Origin: Thermomicrobiales bacterium
GTDB taxonomy: Bacteria > Chloroflexota > Chloroflexia > Thermomicrobiales > UBA6265
Length of the DNA stretch: 64,000 bases
Assembly: GCA_039809985.1 (NCBI GenBank)
Contig: JBDHWC010000003.1
Location: 1,183-65,182 of the forward strand
Direction of reading: 5' to 3'
Shown here: in pieces, positions 34,909 to 45,532 of the stretch
Layout: each line of letters begins with the position of its first letter
Position numbering within the stretch: position 1 is the first letter of the stretch
Program-made: the position numbers and the translations under genes
Notes under the pieces: generated by a model
What the model saw: the letters and a program-made list of their open reading frames with translations, nothing else
Told to the model about the DNA's origin: nothing
The model's database searches: none

Positions 34909-35823
34909 TCAGCCGGTTGCCGGCGCGACGGGCCCCGCCCCGCCGAACAGGTCGTGCCAGAGCAACCGGGCCGCCCATGCCCGGTTCGGCCGCCAGCGGT
35001 GGGCGAGACGGTCAAGCTCGCGCATGGTCAAGTCGGGTTGACCGTAGGCCACCCGGGCGGCCCGCAGCAACGCGACATCGCCGGACGGATGGGCGTCGGG
35101 GTCCGCGAGACCCCAGAGACGCGCCGCGGCCACGCTCCACGGGCCGACGCCCGGCGTGGCCAGCATCAGCCGGTCCTGCTCCCGCGGATCCGTGCCGGAG
35201 TCCCACATGTCAGGGTACTCGACCCACAACCGGGCGACGCGAATCAGCGTCTCGCACCGCATGCGGGTGAGACCGGTCGTCCGCAACGCCTCGACCGAGT
35301 CTGACGCGAGGTCGACCGCCGTCGGCAGCGGCCACAAGGTGCGGCCCCCGAGGCAGAGGCCGGGATGATGCCGCGCGGCCACTCGCGCCAGCATGGTCGC
35401 GCCGGAGGCCACGGTGACCCCTTGGCCGGCGACCGCGGAGAGCATCCCCTCCCACAGCCCGCCGTCGGCGAACGGCCGCAGGTCGGCGTGCTCGGCGGCC
35501 AGCGCGCTCACGACCGGGTCGTCGAACGCGGGCACCGTCTGCCCGACACCGAGCACGTCCGCTAGCCAAACGAGGTCGTCGTCCGCCTCGGCGGTCCCTT
35601 CGATCTCCAGTTGCGTCGGACGCGACTGGCGCACGGAGCGCCAGACGACAACGCTGCCGCTCCAGCCGACCCAATGCAGCCGGTCGCCGGCCCAGTGCAC
35701 GCTCGGCCAGCGCCCCTTCCCCCACGCCACCGGACCCGCGGACTTGCTCAGGCTGAACGGGACGCCCACGTTGACGGATCGACTGGGCGCGGTCGGGGGC
35801 GTTGCAATGGTCTTAGAATCCAT
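34909..35823 (-). CDS. DNA-3-methyladenine glycosylase II-like (AlkA-type HhH-GPD) protein
   Basis: ORF trimmed to the ATG at 35823. Contains LMLATPGVGPWSVAAARLWGLADPDAHPSGD (HhH-GPD with catalytic Asp context). Confidence 0.75.
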   Translation of the reverse strand: MDSKTIATPPTAPSRSVNVGVPFSLSKSAGPVAWGKGRWPSVHWAGDRLHWVGWSGSVVVWRSVRQSRPTQLEIEGTAEADDDLVWLADVLGVGQTVPAFDDPVVSALAAEHADLRPFADGGLWEGMLSAVAGQGVTVASGATMLARVAARHHPGLCLGGRTLWPLPTAVDLASDSVEALRTTGLTRMRCETLIRVARLWVEYPDMWDSGTDPREQDRLMLATPGVGPWSVAAARLWGLADPDAHPSGDVALLRAARVAYGQPDLTMRELDRLAHRWRPNRAWAARLLWHDLFGGAGPVAPATG

Positions 35824-35943
35824 GGGATATGTTGCTCTCCAGCGCGTCTCCGGCAACGTTCGCCCGAGCGTACAATGCCGTCCGGCCCGGACGCCTGCGG
35901 CCGACGAGTTCGCCTCAACGCCGAAGCGGGTGTGCGCCGGACC

Positions 35944-37248
35944 ATGACCGACACCGAGGACGCCCTGCTGCCCTCGACCACGCTCGGCGTTGCCGAGCCC
36001 GACGGCGGGGTCGAGTCACTGGTCGAGACAAGCGACACGCCGCGCGACGGGGCGCTCAGCGCCTTCCAGTCGCGAGAGTTCCTCCTCTTCTGGATCTCCC
36101 TCTCGCTCTCCCTGACCGGCGTCTGGCTCCGAGTCACGGCCCAAGGCTGGCTGGTCTACAACCTGACCAGCAACGCATTCCTGCTCGGCTTGGTCAGTTT
36201 CTTCCAGGCGGCACCGGTGCTGATCGCCTCGCCAATCGCTGGCGCGCTCCTCGACCGCGTCGACCGGCGGAAGGTGCTGCTGGTCGTTCAGGTCATCGTC
36301 TCGATCGCCACGTTTCTGCTGGCGACGCTGGTCGCCACCGGCCACGTCCAGGTGTGGCACATCATGGTCATCGCGGTCGTCGTCGGCACCTGCTCGGGGT
36401 TCGACTGGCCGGCTCGCCTGTCGCTGGTTCCGGCGCTGGTCAAGCCGTCGCAGTTGCAGAGCGCGGTGGCGCTCAACTCGGCCGCGTTCAACGGGTCGCG
36501 CGTGATCGGCCCGATCGCCGCCGGCTTCCTGATCGCGGCGGTCGGCGCGGCGGCCTGCTTCTACCTGAACGCCATGATGTACCTCCCGTTCATCGTGGTC
36601 CTCGCCACCCTGACGATCGACCGGGCCTCCGCCAGCAAGGCGCGCACGAGCTCGCCGATGGAGGACCTGGTCGAGGGCTATCGGTACATCTGGCGAACGC
36701 CGACGATCCGCAGTTTGCTCTCAGTCGACATCGTGCCGCTCACCTTCGGCATCGCCTACTTCACGCTCGCCCCAGCGGTCGCGCGCAGCGTGCTCGGCCT
36801 CGACAGCGAGGGACTCGGCGGTTTGCTCGCAGCCAACGGCGTCGGCTATCTCGGCGGCACGGTCCTCGTCGCTCTGATGAGCGGCATCCGTCGGCGCGGC
36901 CGGATCGTCGTCTACGGCGTCGCCATCTACGCCGTCCTCATCGTCGCCTTCGCCCTTTCCAGCAACCCGATGCTCTCCGGCGGTCTCCTCTTCCTGATCG
37001 GACTCACGGTCGCGACCTACGGCGTGATGAACGACACGCTGCTGCAAACCAAGGTCGACGACGACTATCGCGGCCGGGTGCTGGCGGTCTACTCGATGTT
37101 CTGGGGCCTGACGCCGATCGGCTCGCTCGAGGCTGGCATTCTGGCGAACGCGATCGGCGTCCAGCACGCGCTCGCGATCAACGGCCTGATCGTGCTGCTC
37201 TACGCCCCGTTCCTCTGGTTCAAGACGCCGCTGCGGCAGATCGACTGA
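35944..37248 (+). CDS. MFS transporter
   Basis: ORF trimmed to the ATG at 35944. About 12 TM helices, with LLDRVDRRKVL between TM2 and TM3. Confidence 0.85.
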   Translation: MTDTEDALLPSTTLGVAEPDGGVESLVETSDTPRDGALSAFQSREFLLFWISLSLSLTGVWLRVTAQGWLVYNLTSNAFLLGLVSFFQAAPVLIASPIAGALLDRVDRRKVLLVVQVIVSIATFLLATLVATGHVQVWHIMVIAVVVGTCSGFDWPARLSLVPALVKPSQLQSAVALNSAAFNGSRVIGPIAAGFLIAAVGAAACFYLNAMMYLPFIVVLATLTIDRASASKARTSSPMEDLVEGYRYIWRTPTIRSLLSVDIVPLTFGIAYFTLAPAVARSVLGLDSEGLGGLLAANGVGYLGGTVLVALMSGIRRRGRIVVYGVAIYAVLIVAFALSSNPMLSGGLLFLIGLTVATYGVMNDTLLQTKVDDDYRGRVLAVYSMFWGLTPIGSLEAGILANAIGVQHALAINGLIVLLYAPFLWFKTPLRQID

Positions 37249-37260
37249 ACCCGCACGATC

Positions 37261-38619
37261 TCACAGGCCCAGCAGCAGGCGGGCGGTCATGAAGTAGATG
37301 ACCAGCCCGGTGCCGTCGACGAGCGTGGCGATCATCGGGGCCGAGACCACCGCCGGGTCGATCCCGAGCTTCCGCAGCACCAGCGGCAGGACCGAGGCGA
37401 CGCTCGCGGACCAGAGCGTGATCAGCGAGATGGAGATCGCCACCACCCAGCCGACGCGCAGGCCGACGCCGAGCATCTGCGTCCGTCCGAACGCCACCAC
37501 CGCCATCGTCAGCCCGAGGATGATGCCGACCGTGAACTCCTTCGCCAGCACCCACCAGACGTCCCGCAGGCGGACCTCGCCGACCGCGAGGGCGCGGACC
37601 AGCGTCGTCGTCACCTGACTGCCGACATTGCCGCCGGTGCCGATCAGCAAGGGGATGAAGTACGAGAGCGCCACGACCTGCGAGATCTCGTCGCTGAAGG
37701 CCCGGAGCACGGTCCCGGTGTAGGCCTCCGCCGCGAACAGCACCAGCAGCCAGACCACGCGCCTGCGCACCAGCAAGGAGACGCCGGCCCGACGGTACGG
37801 AACCTCCAACGGCTGCGAGCCGCCGAGCCGCTCGATGTCCTCGGTGGCCTCCTCCTCGAGCACCTCGGACACGTCGTCTTGGGTGATGATCCCGACCAGC
37901 CGGTTGTCGGCGTCGACCACCGGCAGCGCCAGCAGGCGATGGTCGACGAGCAGCTGCGCGGCCACCTCCTGGTCGGTGGTGTCCCGCACGGTCGTCGGGT
38001 TGGCGATCATCGCCCGCGTCACCGGCTCGTCCCGCCGCGACAGCACGAGCTCGCGCAGGGAGAGCACCCCCATCAACCGCTCGTCGGCGTCGATCACGTA
38101 GACGTAGTAGATCGTCTCGGCCTCGCCCGCGAGCTGGCTGAGCGCCGCCAGGGCCTCGCCGGTCGTCAGACTCGGGGAGACGGCGACGAAGGCCGGCGTC
38201 ATGATGCTGCCGGCCGTGTCGGGCGGGTACGACATCAGGTCGCGGATCTCTGCGGCGTCGGCCGGCTCCATCCGGACCAGGAGTTCCTCCGCCTCGACCG
38301 GGGTCAGTTCCTCGATCACGTCGGTGGCGTCGTCCGGGTGCATCGCCTCCAGGACGTCGGCGGCGTCCCCTTGGCTCAGCGAACGGACGATGATCGCCGT
38401 CTCGGCCGGCTCCAGGAAGCCGAGCACGTCGCGCACCTCGTCGTCGGGCATCGCCCGCAGCAGCGCGGCGACCTCCGCCGCCCCGAGCGTGGGCAGCACC
38501 TCCGCCATGACCGCCGGGCCCGCGCCGACGGCCAGTTCGGCGAGACCCGCCGCCGACCCGCCCCGGACCGCCGAGCGGATCCGGTCGCCCCATGGCTCAC
38601 CCTGCGGCTCGTCCTCCAT
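37261..38619 (-). CDS. mgtE: Magnesium transporter MgtE
   Basis: ORF trimmed to the ATG at 38619 after GGAGG. N-domain, two CBS repeats, and a TM domain with GTGGNVGSQ. Confidence 0.93.
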   Translation of the reverse strand: MEDEPQGEPWGDRIRSAVRGGSAAGLAELAVGAGPAVMAEVLPTLGAAEVAALLRAMPDDEVRDVLGFLEPAETAIIVRSLSQGDAADVLEAMHPDDATDVIEELTPVEAEELLVRMEPADAAEIRDLMSYPPDTAGSIMTPAFVAVSPSLTTGEALAALSQLAGEAETIYYVYVIDADERLMGVLSLRELVLSRRDEPVTRAMIANPTTVRDTTDQEVAAQLLVDHRLLALPVVDADNRLVGIITQDDVSEVLEEEATEDIERLGGSQPLEVPYRRAGVSLLVRRRVVWLLVLFAAEAYTGTVLRAFSDEISQVVALSYFIPLLIGTGGNVGSQVTTTLVRALAVGEVRLRDVWWVLAKEFTVGIILGLTMAVVAFGRTQMLGVGLRVGWVVAISISLITLWSASVASVLPLVLRKLGIDPAVVSAPMIATLVDGTGLVIYFMTARLLLGL

Positions 38620-38710
38620 CGGACCGCCTCCCCGTGTCTCTTCCCTCGCCCACCCGGCCCGTCGCTCGCCGGTTCGCCGTCGGCGGCGCGCACACCCTAC
38701 GATACGCTGC

Positions 38711-39565
38711 GTGACCATCCCGGACCCGGCTGCCACGCAATCCGGATCGAGACTAGCCGTAGTCGTTGCCGACGCCGTCGCATCCGCGGTCGGCGCAGCG
38801 CTGTCGACTGTCGCCACCCCCGCTGAGGATCGCGGCCGCGCACGCATCGTTGTGCCGCGAGGCCCGTCCGACGAACTGCTCGCAGCGGCTGTCAGGGCCG
38901 TTCGGGCCCGCGATCGGGCGAGCGGCATGCCGGAGGGCACCGCTGTGCTGCGGTCACCCGGCCGGGTGGGAGCGCTAGCGGCGCTGGCCCGCGAATCGTG
39001 GACTTCCGTGCCGTTGGGTGCGGGGGCCGAGCGATTTGACCAAGCCCGCCTTCCGAGCGAACTCCTGCGGTCGAACCTGACGGTGGTTACCCTTCTCCCC
39101 CCGCTCGGAACCGACATCGAGCGCCCGGTGGCGCTGCTCGCCCGATTCGCCGATCCCAGGCAGATCGCCGCCGCCCAATTGCACGATTTCGACGCCGGGG
39201 CCTTCGCTGAATTGGCCTCGCCTTTGCCAACTGGCCTTCTGCTCCTCGTCGGGCGCGTCGGTGGTTACATCGTGGCCGCCGCAACTCGGGACCTGCTCGC
39301 GGCCGAGTTGGCATGGGAGGCGTTCCGGGAGCTCGCGCGCGACACTGCCGGGCCGGTCGCCTGGCAGGCACCTGTCGTCCAGCGCCTCGCCCAACTCGAC
39401 CCTCGCGCTCGGCATCCGGACGAACTCGACCTCGAGGTTCGCTCGCTCGATCTAGCCTGCGAGCAGGTTGCCGGCAAACTTCGGTCGTGGCTGGAAATGA
39501 GGCTCGGCATCCCCGAGTCCCTGGCCAGAGGCAAGACGGTGCCGAGCACTTCCGCCGCGGGTTGA
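38711..39565 (+). CDS. Hypothetical protein
   Basis: C-terminal 284 codons of ORF 38201..39565 lie outside mgtE. GTG at 38711 is preceded by TACGAT (38698-38703) plus 7 nt. No motif recognised. Confidence 0.5.
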   Translation: MTIPDPAATQSGSRLAVVVADAVASAVGAALSTVATPAEDRGRARIVVPRGPSDELLAAAVRAVRARDRASGMPEGTAVLRSPGRVGALAALARESWTSVPLGAGAERFDQARLPSELLRSNLTVVTLLPPLGTDIERPVALLARFADPRQIAAAQLHDFDAGAFAELASPLPTGLLLLVGRVGGYIVAAATRDLLAAELAWEAFRELARDTAGPVAWQAPVVQRLAQLDPRARHPDELDLEVRSLDLACEQVAGKLRSWLEMRLGIPESLARGKTVPSTSAAG

Positions 39566-39653
39566 CGACAACGGATTCAGGGCCGCCACGCGCCACAGTC
39601 ATTGCCCACGACGTCGGCTTCCGCCGGTCCCCGGCGGATATACTGAGATCGAC

Positions 39654-41501
39654 ATGCCATCCTCGAATCGCCCCGACTTCAGCAATCGACTCCGTGCCCT
39701 CGCCGCCTCGCCCGGCGTCTACCTGATGAAGGACGCCGACGGCGGCATCCTGTACGTCGGGAAGGCGGCGCGCCTGCGGGACCGGGTTCGCTCCTACTTC
39801 GCCAGCCCGCGCGGACACGACGCCAAGACGCGCGAGCTGGTGCGCCACATCGCCGACTTCGACGTGATCCGCACCGATACGGCGACCGAGGCGCTGATCC
39901 TCGAGAACGAACTGATCAAGCGGCACCAGCCGAAGTACAACGTCATGCTGAAGGACAGCAAGACGTACCCGTACCTGAAGATCACGGCCGAGGAGTGGCC
40001 CCGGGTGATTCTCACCCGCCGGATCGTCAAGGACGGCGGCCGCTACTTCGGCCCGTACACCTCCGCCGGTGCCGCCTACCGGACGCTGAACCTGCTCAAC
40101 CGCCTCTTCCCCTACCGCAAGTGCGACAAGAAGATCACCGGCCACGACGACGTCTGCCTCTACTACCACCTCCACCAGTGCAGCGCGCCGTGCATCGGCG
40201 CGGTCGACCACGCCACCTACATGGAGTCGCTCGAACAGACCGCGCTCTTCCTCGAGGGCAACGCCGACGCCGTCGTCGCCCCGCTCGAGGAGGAGATGGC
40301 CCAGGCCGCGGACGCGTGGAACTTCGAGCGGGCCGCCGAGCTGCGCGACCGCCTGCAGGCAATCCGGCACGTCATCGAACGACAGAAGATCGTCAGCCCG
40401 AACGGCACCAACGCCGACGTGGTCGCGGTCGCGAAGGGCGCCGGGGGCGACGCCGGCGTCCAGGTCGGCTTCCTGCGCAACGGGAAGTTGCTCGGCTCCG
40501 AGTTCTTCCCGATGCGCACCCGGGTCGAGGACCCCGAGTCGGAGATCGTCTCCGGCTTCATCGGCCAGTTCTACGCCGAGGCGGCGATGGTGCCGCCGCT
40601 GATCCTCGTCGGCGACGCCTTGCCGGAGGGCGAGATCGAGATCCTCGGTGAGTGGCTCGCCGAGCGCCGCGGCGGCAAGGTCGAGATCGTCCGGCCGCAG
40701 CGTGGCGAGAAGCGCCAACTGGTCCAGATGGTTGCCAAGAGCGCGGCCGAGAACCTGGAGCAGAGCCGAATCAAGTTCCTGACGGACGAGCAGCGGATGA
40801 CCGCGGCGATGTCGGAACTGGCCGACGCCCTCGAGCTGCCGCGCCTGCCGCGCCGCATCGAGTGCTTCGACATCTCGAATCTGCAGGGCACGAACACCGT
40901 CGCCAGCATGGTCGTCTTCGAGGACGGCCGGCCGGCGAAGCGCGAGTACCGGCGGTTCACGATCAAGACCGTCGAGGGCAGCAACGACTTCGCCTCGATG
41001 CACGAGGTCATCCAGCGGCGATTCCGGCGGGCGGCCGAGGCTGCGGCGGACGGCGACGAACAGGGAAAGTGGGCCGCCCTCCCCGACTTGGTGATCGTCG
41101 ACGGCGGGAAGGGCCAACTCGGGGCGGCGCTGGACGCGCTGGCCGAGGTCGGCTGGGACGGGCAGGCCATCGTCTCCCTCGCCAAGGAGAACGAGGAGAT
41201 CTTCGTTCCCGGCCAGCCGTTCCCGGTGGTGCTGCCGCGCGACTCGCAGGCGCTCTTCCTCGTGCAGCGGATCCGCGACGAGGCTCACCGGTTCGCGATC
41301 ACCTTCCACCGGGAGCGAAGGTCGAAGGCGGCGGTCCACTCCCGGCTCGACGACGTGCCGGGCATCGGGCCGAAGAAGAAGCAAGCCCTCCTCAAGGCGT
41401 TCGGGTCGCTGAAGGCGATCAAGGAGGCGACCGCTGACGAGCTCGGCAACGTGCCCGGCATCTCCCCGGCCCTGGTCGAGCAGATCAAGGCGACTCTGTG
41501 A
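39654..41501 (+). CDS. uvrC: Excinuclease ABC subunit C
   Basis: GIY-YIG N-terminus (GVYLMKDADGGILYVGKAARLRDRVRSYF), UVR domain and C-terminal HhH2. TATACT (39639-39644) lies 9 nt before the ATG. Confidence 0.96.
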   Translation: MPSSNRPDFSNRLRALAASPGVYLMKDADGGILYVGKAARLRDRVRSYFASPRGHDAKTRELVRHIADFDVIRTDTATEALILENELIKRHQPKYNVMLKDSKTYPYLKITAEEWPRVILTRRIVKDGGRYFGPYTSAGAAYRTLNLLNRLFPYRKCDKKITGHDDVCLYYHLHQCSAPCIGAVDHATYMESLEQTALFLEGNADAVVAPLEEEMAQAADAWNFERAAELRDRLQAIRHVIERQKIVSPNGTNADVVAVAKGAGGDAGVQVGFLRNGKLLGSEFFPMRTRVEDPESEIVSGFIGQFYAEAAMVPPLILVGDALPEGEIEILGEWLAERRGGKVEIVRPQRGEKRQLVQMVAKSAAENLEQSRIKFLTDEQRMTAAMSELADALELPRLPRRIECFDISNLQGTNTVASMVVFEDGRPAKREYRRFTIKTVEGSNDFASMHEVIQRRFRRAAEAAADGDEQGKWAALPDLVIVDGGKGQLGAALDALAEVGWDGQAIVSLAKENEEIFVPGQPFPVVLPRDSQALFLVQRIRDEAHRFAITFHRERRSKAAVHSRLDDVPGIGPKKKQALLKAFGSLKAIKEATADELGNVPGISPALVEQIKATL

Positions 41502-42166
41502 CGCCAATCACAGCCGGCGGACCGCTGGTCCTTCCGGCTGACGACCCAGCAGCGATCGCGCTGGCGATCGAGCGACTGGCGTCGGGAGGAGTCGTCGCGG
41601 TCCCGACCGACACGGTGTACGGCATCGCCGCGTCGCTTGCCGCCCCGTCCGCCCTACGCCGAATCTTCGAGATCAAGGGGCGCTCCACGCTGAAGTCGCT
41701 GCCGGTTCTCGTCGCCGGCGACGAACAGGTCGCACGGGTCGCCATGGCCGCACCGCCAGATCTTCTCGCGTTGGCGCGCCGTTACTGGCCCGGCCCGTTG
41801 ACCCTGGTGCTGCCTGCCGAGCCCGATCTTCCCGCGGAGGTTGTCGCAGTCGACGCGGCGGGCAGACGCACGGTTGGCGTGCGCGTGCCCGACCACGCTT
41901 GGACTCGCCGGCTGATCGTCGGGGCCGGCGGGGCGTTGGCCGTCACCAGCGCCAACCGCAGCGGTGAGCCCGAGTCGCGATCGGTCGCCGAAGTGGTGGC
42001 GGCCTGTCCCACGGTGGACTTGGTCCTCGACGACGGTCCGAGCCCGGGCGGCCTGCCGTCGTCGGTCGTCGCGGCTCTCGATGGCGGCTTGCAGGTGCTG
42101 CGCGAGGGGGCGATCCCGGCCGAGGTACTGCAGCGGTGTTGGCAGGACGTCACCGGCCGGTCCTGA
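41498..42166 (+). CDS. tsaC: L-threonylcarbamoyladenylate synthase (TsaC/YrdC family)
   Basis: Contains VAVPTDTVYGIAA, WPGPLTLVL and VTSANRSGEP. The GTG overlaps the uvrC stop. Confidence 0.88.
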   Translation: MTPITAGGPLVLPADDPAAIALAIERLASGGVVAVPTDTVYGIAASLAAPSALRRIFEIKGRSTLKSLPVLVAGDEQVARVAMAAPPDLLALARRYWPGPLTLVLPAEPDLPAEVVAVDAAGRRTVGVRVPDHAWTRRLIVGAGGALAVTSANRSGEPESRSVAEVVAACPTVDLVLDDGPSPGGLPSSVVAALDGGLQVLREGAIPAEVLQRCWQDVTGRS

Positions 42167-42239
42167 GCGACGGCTGGCGGGCAACGGCACTTCCGGCTAG
42201 CATGGGTCGATTGATGTCGGAGTCGGGAGCGCAGCAGCG

Positions 42240-43229
42240 ATGACCGAGCCAACGCGGGAGCCGGAACGGCGATTCCGCCTCGGAAGACGGCACCCGGCTG
42301 AGCAGGCAATGCTCACCGAGTCGAGCGAACTCGAAGAGACCGCCGACGACGCCCTCCCCGAGAACACCCGGCCCGACCTCGGCCCCCCCGCGCCGGGCGT
42401 GCAGCCGGTCGAGCAGCCGGGCAGCGGCCTCGGGATGATCGTCAGCATCGCCGTCACCGCCGTGGTGTTCATCCTCGCCATCTACGCCACGGGCCAGCCC
42501 ACCCCGAACCGGATCCCCCTCCTCCAAACCACCAACCCCCTCTTCTGGATCGTCGCCGCCCTCGCGGTGCTGGCGGCGGGCGCAGGCTCGGAGTACGCCG
42601 AGCGGACGGCCTCCCGGCAGTTGGCGACGTACGGCCGCGGCCGGCCCGAGGGCGCGCCGGCGACGTCGTGGATCGTGCCGAGCATCGCGACCCTCGCCGC
42701 GATCATGCTGGTCGCGACCTACCACAACGCCGTCATGCTGGTGGTGGGTCCGCTGGTCGCCTTCTTCGGCAGCTTCGGCGCGTTGCTGGCGCGGGACCTG
42801 ATCGACGACGCCAGCGACAACGCCCTGCGCAGCGCGGCCACCATCCACACGGTCGTCGTGCTGGCGATCGCCTTCCTCGCCTTCAGCGCGGTCTACCTCA
42901 ACAAGATGGCAACGCCGATCACCGCGATCATGGTCGGGCTGATCGGCGGCCTCCTGATGCTGGAGACGTTCGAGCGGAGCGACGCCCCGACCGGGCAGCG
43001 CGTCCTCTACTCGCTGATCGTCGGCATCGTGCTGGCGCAGGCCGCCGCCGCCTTGATGTGGTGGCCGACCCACGGTTGGACCGGCGGCGCGGTGCTGCTC
43101 GTCTGCTTCTACCTTGCCTCCGGCATCGTCCTCTCCTTCGTGCGGCACGGCTGGGTGCGCACTCGCGACATGCTCGAGTTCGGGGCAGTCAGTCTGATCG
43201 CCCTGCTCTTCTTGGCGGTGACCGCCTGA
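42240..43229 (+). CDS. Polytopic membrane protein, unknown function
   Basis: 329-aa ORF with an acidic or disordered N-terminus followed by about 7 hydrophobic helices. Confidence 0.65.
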   Translation: MTEPTREPERRFRLGRRHPAEQAMLTESSELEETADDALPENTRPDLGPPAPGVQPVEQPGSGLGMIVSIAVTAVVFILAIYATGQPTPNRIPLLQTTNPLFWIVAALAVLAAGAGSEYAERTASRQLATYGRGRPEGAPATSWIVPSIATLAAIMLVATYHNAVMLVVGPLVAFFGSFGALLARDLIDDASDNALRSAATIHTVVVLAIAFLAFSAVYLNKMATPITAIMVGLIGGLLMLETFERSDAPTGQRVLYSLIVGIVLAQAAAALMWWPTHGWTGGAVLLVCFYLASGIVLSFVRHGWVRTRDMLEFGAVSLIALLFLAVTA

Positions 43230-43414
43230 TGGCACGACCGGCCGATGCGTCAGGCAGTCAGTCCGAGAAGGAACTGCACCGGCTCCTGACCGAACTCGAC
43301 AGTTGCGAGGAACTGCTCGAACTGATGGACGAACTCGGCCTTGACACCCGCGAAGCCGTCGAATCCCGCGTCGAGACGCTCCACCGGACCATCGACGCCT
43401 GGGAGACCGCTTGA
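43229..43414 (+). CDS. 61-aa acidic helical protein, unknown function
   Basis: The ATG overlaps the upstream stop (TGATG). Sequence: MARPADASGSQSEKELHRLLTELDSCEELLELMDELGLDTREAVESRVETLHRTIDAWETA. Confidence 0.45.
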   Translation: MARPADASGSQSEKELHRLLTELDSCEELLELMDELGLDTREAVESRVETLHRTIDAWETA

Positions 43415-43457
43415 GCGCCCGGCATCGTCCCCGGGGCGCGGCCTCGCGCCCGCTCTG

Positions 43458-44795
43458 ATGCGCGACCTCTTCGACGACCAGCGCGAACGCCAGCTCCGTC
43501 GGCACGCGCCGCTCGCCGCCCGCATGCGGCCCGACCGCCTCGACGACGTCGTCGGCCATTCGGACGTGATCGGGCCCGGCACGTTGCTGCGGCGGGCGAT
43601 CGAGCAGGACCGACTCTCGTCGATCATCCTCTGGGGCCCGCCGGGATCCGGCAAGACGACGATTGCCCGACTCATCGCCACCACCACCCGGGCCCGCTTC
43701 TCCTCCGTCAGCGCGGTCACCGCCGGGGTCGCCGACCTGCGGGCGGTCATCCGCGAAGCCACCGAACGGCTCGGCATGCACGGGCAGCGCACGGTCCTCT
43801 TCATCGACGAGATCCACCGCTTCAACAAGGCGCAGCAGGACGCGATCCTGCCGCAGGTCGAGGACGGCACGGTCATCCTGATCGGGGCGACGACCGAGAA
43901 CCCGTCGTTCGAGGTGAACGCCCCGCTCCTGTCGCGGTCGCGTGTCGTTCGCCTCGAGTCGCTCGCCGACGAGGACGTTCGCCGGCTGGTCGAGCGCGCC
44001 CTGGCCGATCGCGAGCGTGGCATCGGGTATGCCGAGTTGACCATCGAACCGGACGCCGTCGATCTCCTCGTCAACCTCGCCAACGGGGACGCCCGGTTCG
44101 CCCTGAACACCCTCGACTACGCGGCGGCCGGAACCGACCAGGGCGGGACGATCACCGCCTCGCTGGTCGGGCAGGCTGCCCAGCGCCGCGCCGCCACCTA
44201 CGACCGGGCCGGGGACGACCATTTCGACGCCATCTCGGCCCTGCACAAGACGCTCCGCGGCTCGGACCCCCAAGCCGCCCTCTACTGGCTCGCACGCATG
44301 CTCGAGCGCGGCGACGACCCTCTCTACATCGCCCGGCGGCTGGTCCGGTTCGCGTCCGAGGACGTCGGTCTCGCCGATCCTCACGCACTGCCGCTGGCCG
44401 TTGCGGCGCAGCAGGCCGTGCATTTCATCGGGCTGCCGGAAGGAGCACTGGCCCTGGCCGAACTGACGGTCTACCTCGCGCTCGCGCCGAAGAGCAACGC
44501 CGTCTACCGAGCCTACGGCGCGGCCCGGGACGACGTCGAGCAGACGCGCAACGACCCGGTGCCGGTCCACCTGCGCAACGCGCCGACGCGCCTGATGAAG
44601 GACCTCGGGTTCGGCGCGGGGTACCGCTACGCGCACGACTTCGAGGGCGGCGTGGTGGGGCAGCAGAACCTGCCGGATCGGCTTGGCCAGCCGTCGTACT
44701 ACCAGCCGACCGACCGCGGGTTCGAGCGGGAGTTGACCGAGCGGATGCGCAAGATCACCGAGATCTACAGTAAGACCGAGGACTCGGAGTCATGA
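43458..44795 (+). CDS. rarA: Replication-associated recombination protein A (AAA+ ATPase)
   Basis: Contains [18 protein letters not shown] and [15 protein letters not shown], plus a MgsA C-terminal domain. Confidence 0.94.
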   Translation: MRDLFDDQRERQLRRHAPLAARMRPDRLDDVVGHSDVIGPGTLLRRAIEQDRLSSIILWGPPGSGKTTIARLIATTTRARFSSVSAVTAGVADLRAVIREATERLGMHGQRTVLFIDEIHRFNKAQQDAILPQVEDGTVILIGATTENPSFEVNAPLLSRSRVVRLESLADEDVRRLVERALADRERGIGYAELTIEPDAVDLLVNLANGDARFALNTLDYAAAGTDQGGTITASLVGQAAQRRAATYDRAGDDHFDAISALHKTLRGSDPQAALYWLARMLERGDDPLYIARRLVRFASEDVGLADPHALPLAVAAQQAVHFIGLPEGALALAELTVYLALAPKSNAVYRAYGAARDDVEQTRNDPVPVHLRNAPTRLMKDLGFGAGYRYAHDFEGGVVGQQNLPDRLGQPSYYQPTDRGFERELTERMRKITEIYSKTEDSES

Positions 44796-45526
44796 CCCCG
44801 CGACGCAAGGACGACCGCGCCGCGGACGCGTTGCGGCCGTTGGCGATCTCGCCCGACGCGGTCCCCAACGCCGAGGGGTCCGCCCTGATCACCTTGGGCG
44901 ACACCCACGTGCTTTGCGCCGCGACGGTCGAGGAGCGAGTGCCTCGCTGGCTGGCGGGCAAAGGGGGAGGCTGGGTCACCGCCGAGTACAGCATGCTGCC
45001 CCGCGCCACCAAGGAGCGGACGCCGCGCGAGGCCACGCTCGGCAAGCAAGGCGGTCGGACCGTGGAGATTCAGCGCCTGATCGGGCGCTCGCTCCGCGCC
45101 GCGGTCGACCTGAGGGCCCTCGGGGAGCGGCAGATCATCGTTGACTGCGACGTGCTCCGCGCCGACGGCGGAACACGATGCGCGTCAATCAGCGGGGCGT
45201 ACGTCGCGCTCGCTCTGGCGTTGCACCGGCTTCGACGCGATCGTTCGATCAAGAAGGATCCGCTGGCCGCCGCGGTGGCCGCCGTCAGCGTCGGCATCCA
45301 CAACGGCGTGCCGATCCTCGACCTCGACTACGCCGAGGACTCCAAGGCCGACGCCGACGTCAACGTGGTGATGACGGACGCGCACCGCTTCGTCGAAGTT
45401 CAGGGCACGGCCGAGGGCGCGCCGTTCAGCGACGCCGAACTCTCCGACATGCTGCTGCTCGCGCAACTCGGCCTCGACCAGATCTTCCGAGTCCAGCGCG
45501 AGGCGATTCTCGCCGGCACCAGTTGA
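44792..45526 (+). CDS. rph: Ribonuclease PH
   Basis: Contains [19 protein letters not shown] and [23 protein letters not shown] overlap with rarA. Confidence 0.95.
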   Translation: MTPRRKDDRAADALRPLAISPDAVPNAEGSALITLGDTHVLCAATVEERVPRWLAGKGGGWVTAEYSMLPRATKERTPREATLGKQGGRTVEIQRLIGRSLRAAVDLRALGERQIIVDCDVLRADGGTRCASISGAYVALALALHRLRRDRSIKKDPLAAAVAAVSVGIHNGVPILDLDYAEDSKADADVNVVMTDAHRFVEVQGTAEGAPFSDAELSDMLLLAQLGLDQIFRVQREAILAGTS

Positions 45527-45532
45527 CCGCGG

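Noticed and set aside
38620-38710. Possible M-box (Mg2+) riboswitch upstream of mgtE.
   Set aside because: The spacer to the divergent gene is only about 90 nt, and no M-box consensus (GUUAGGUGAGGC...) is visible.
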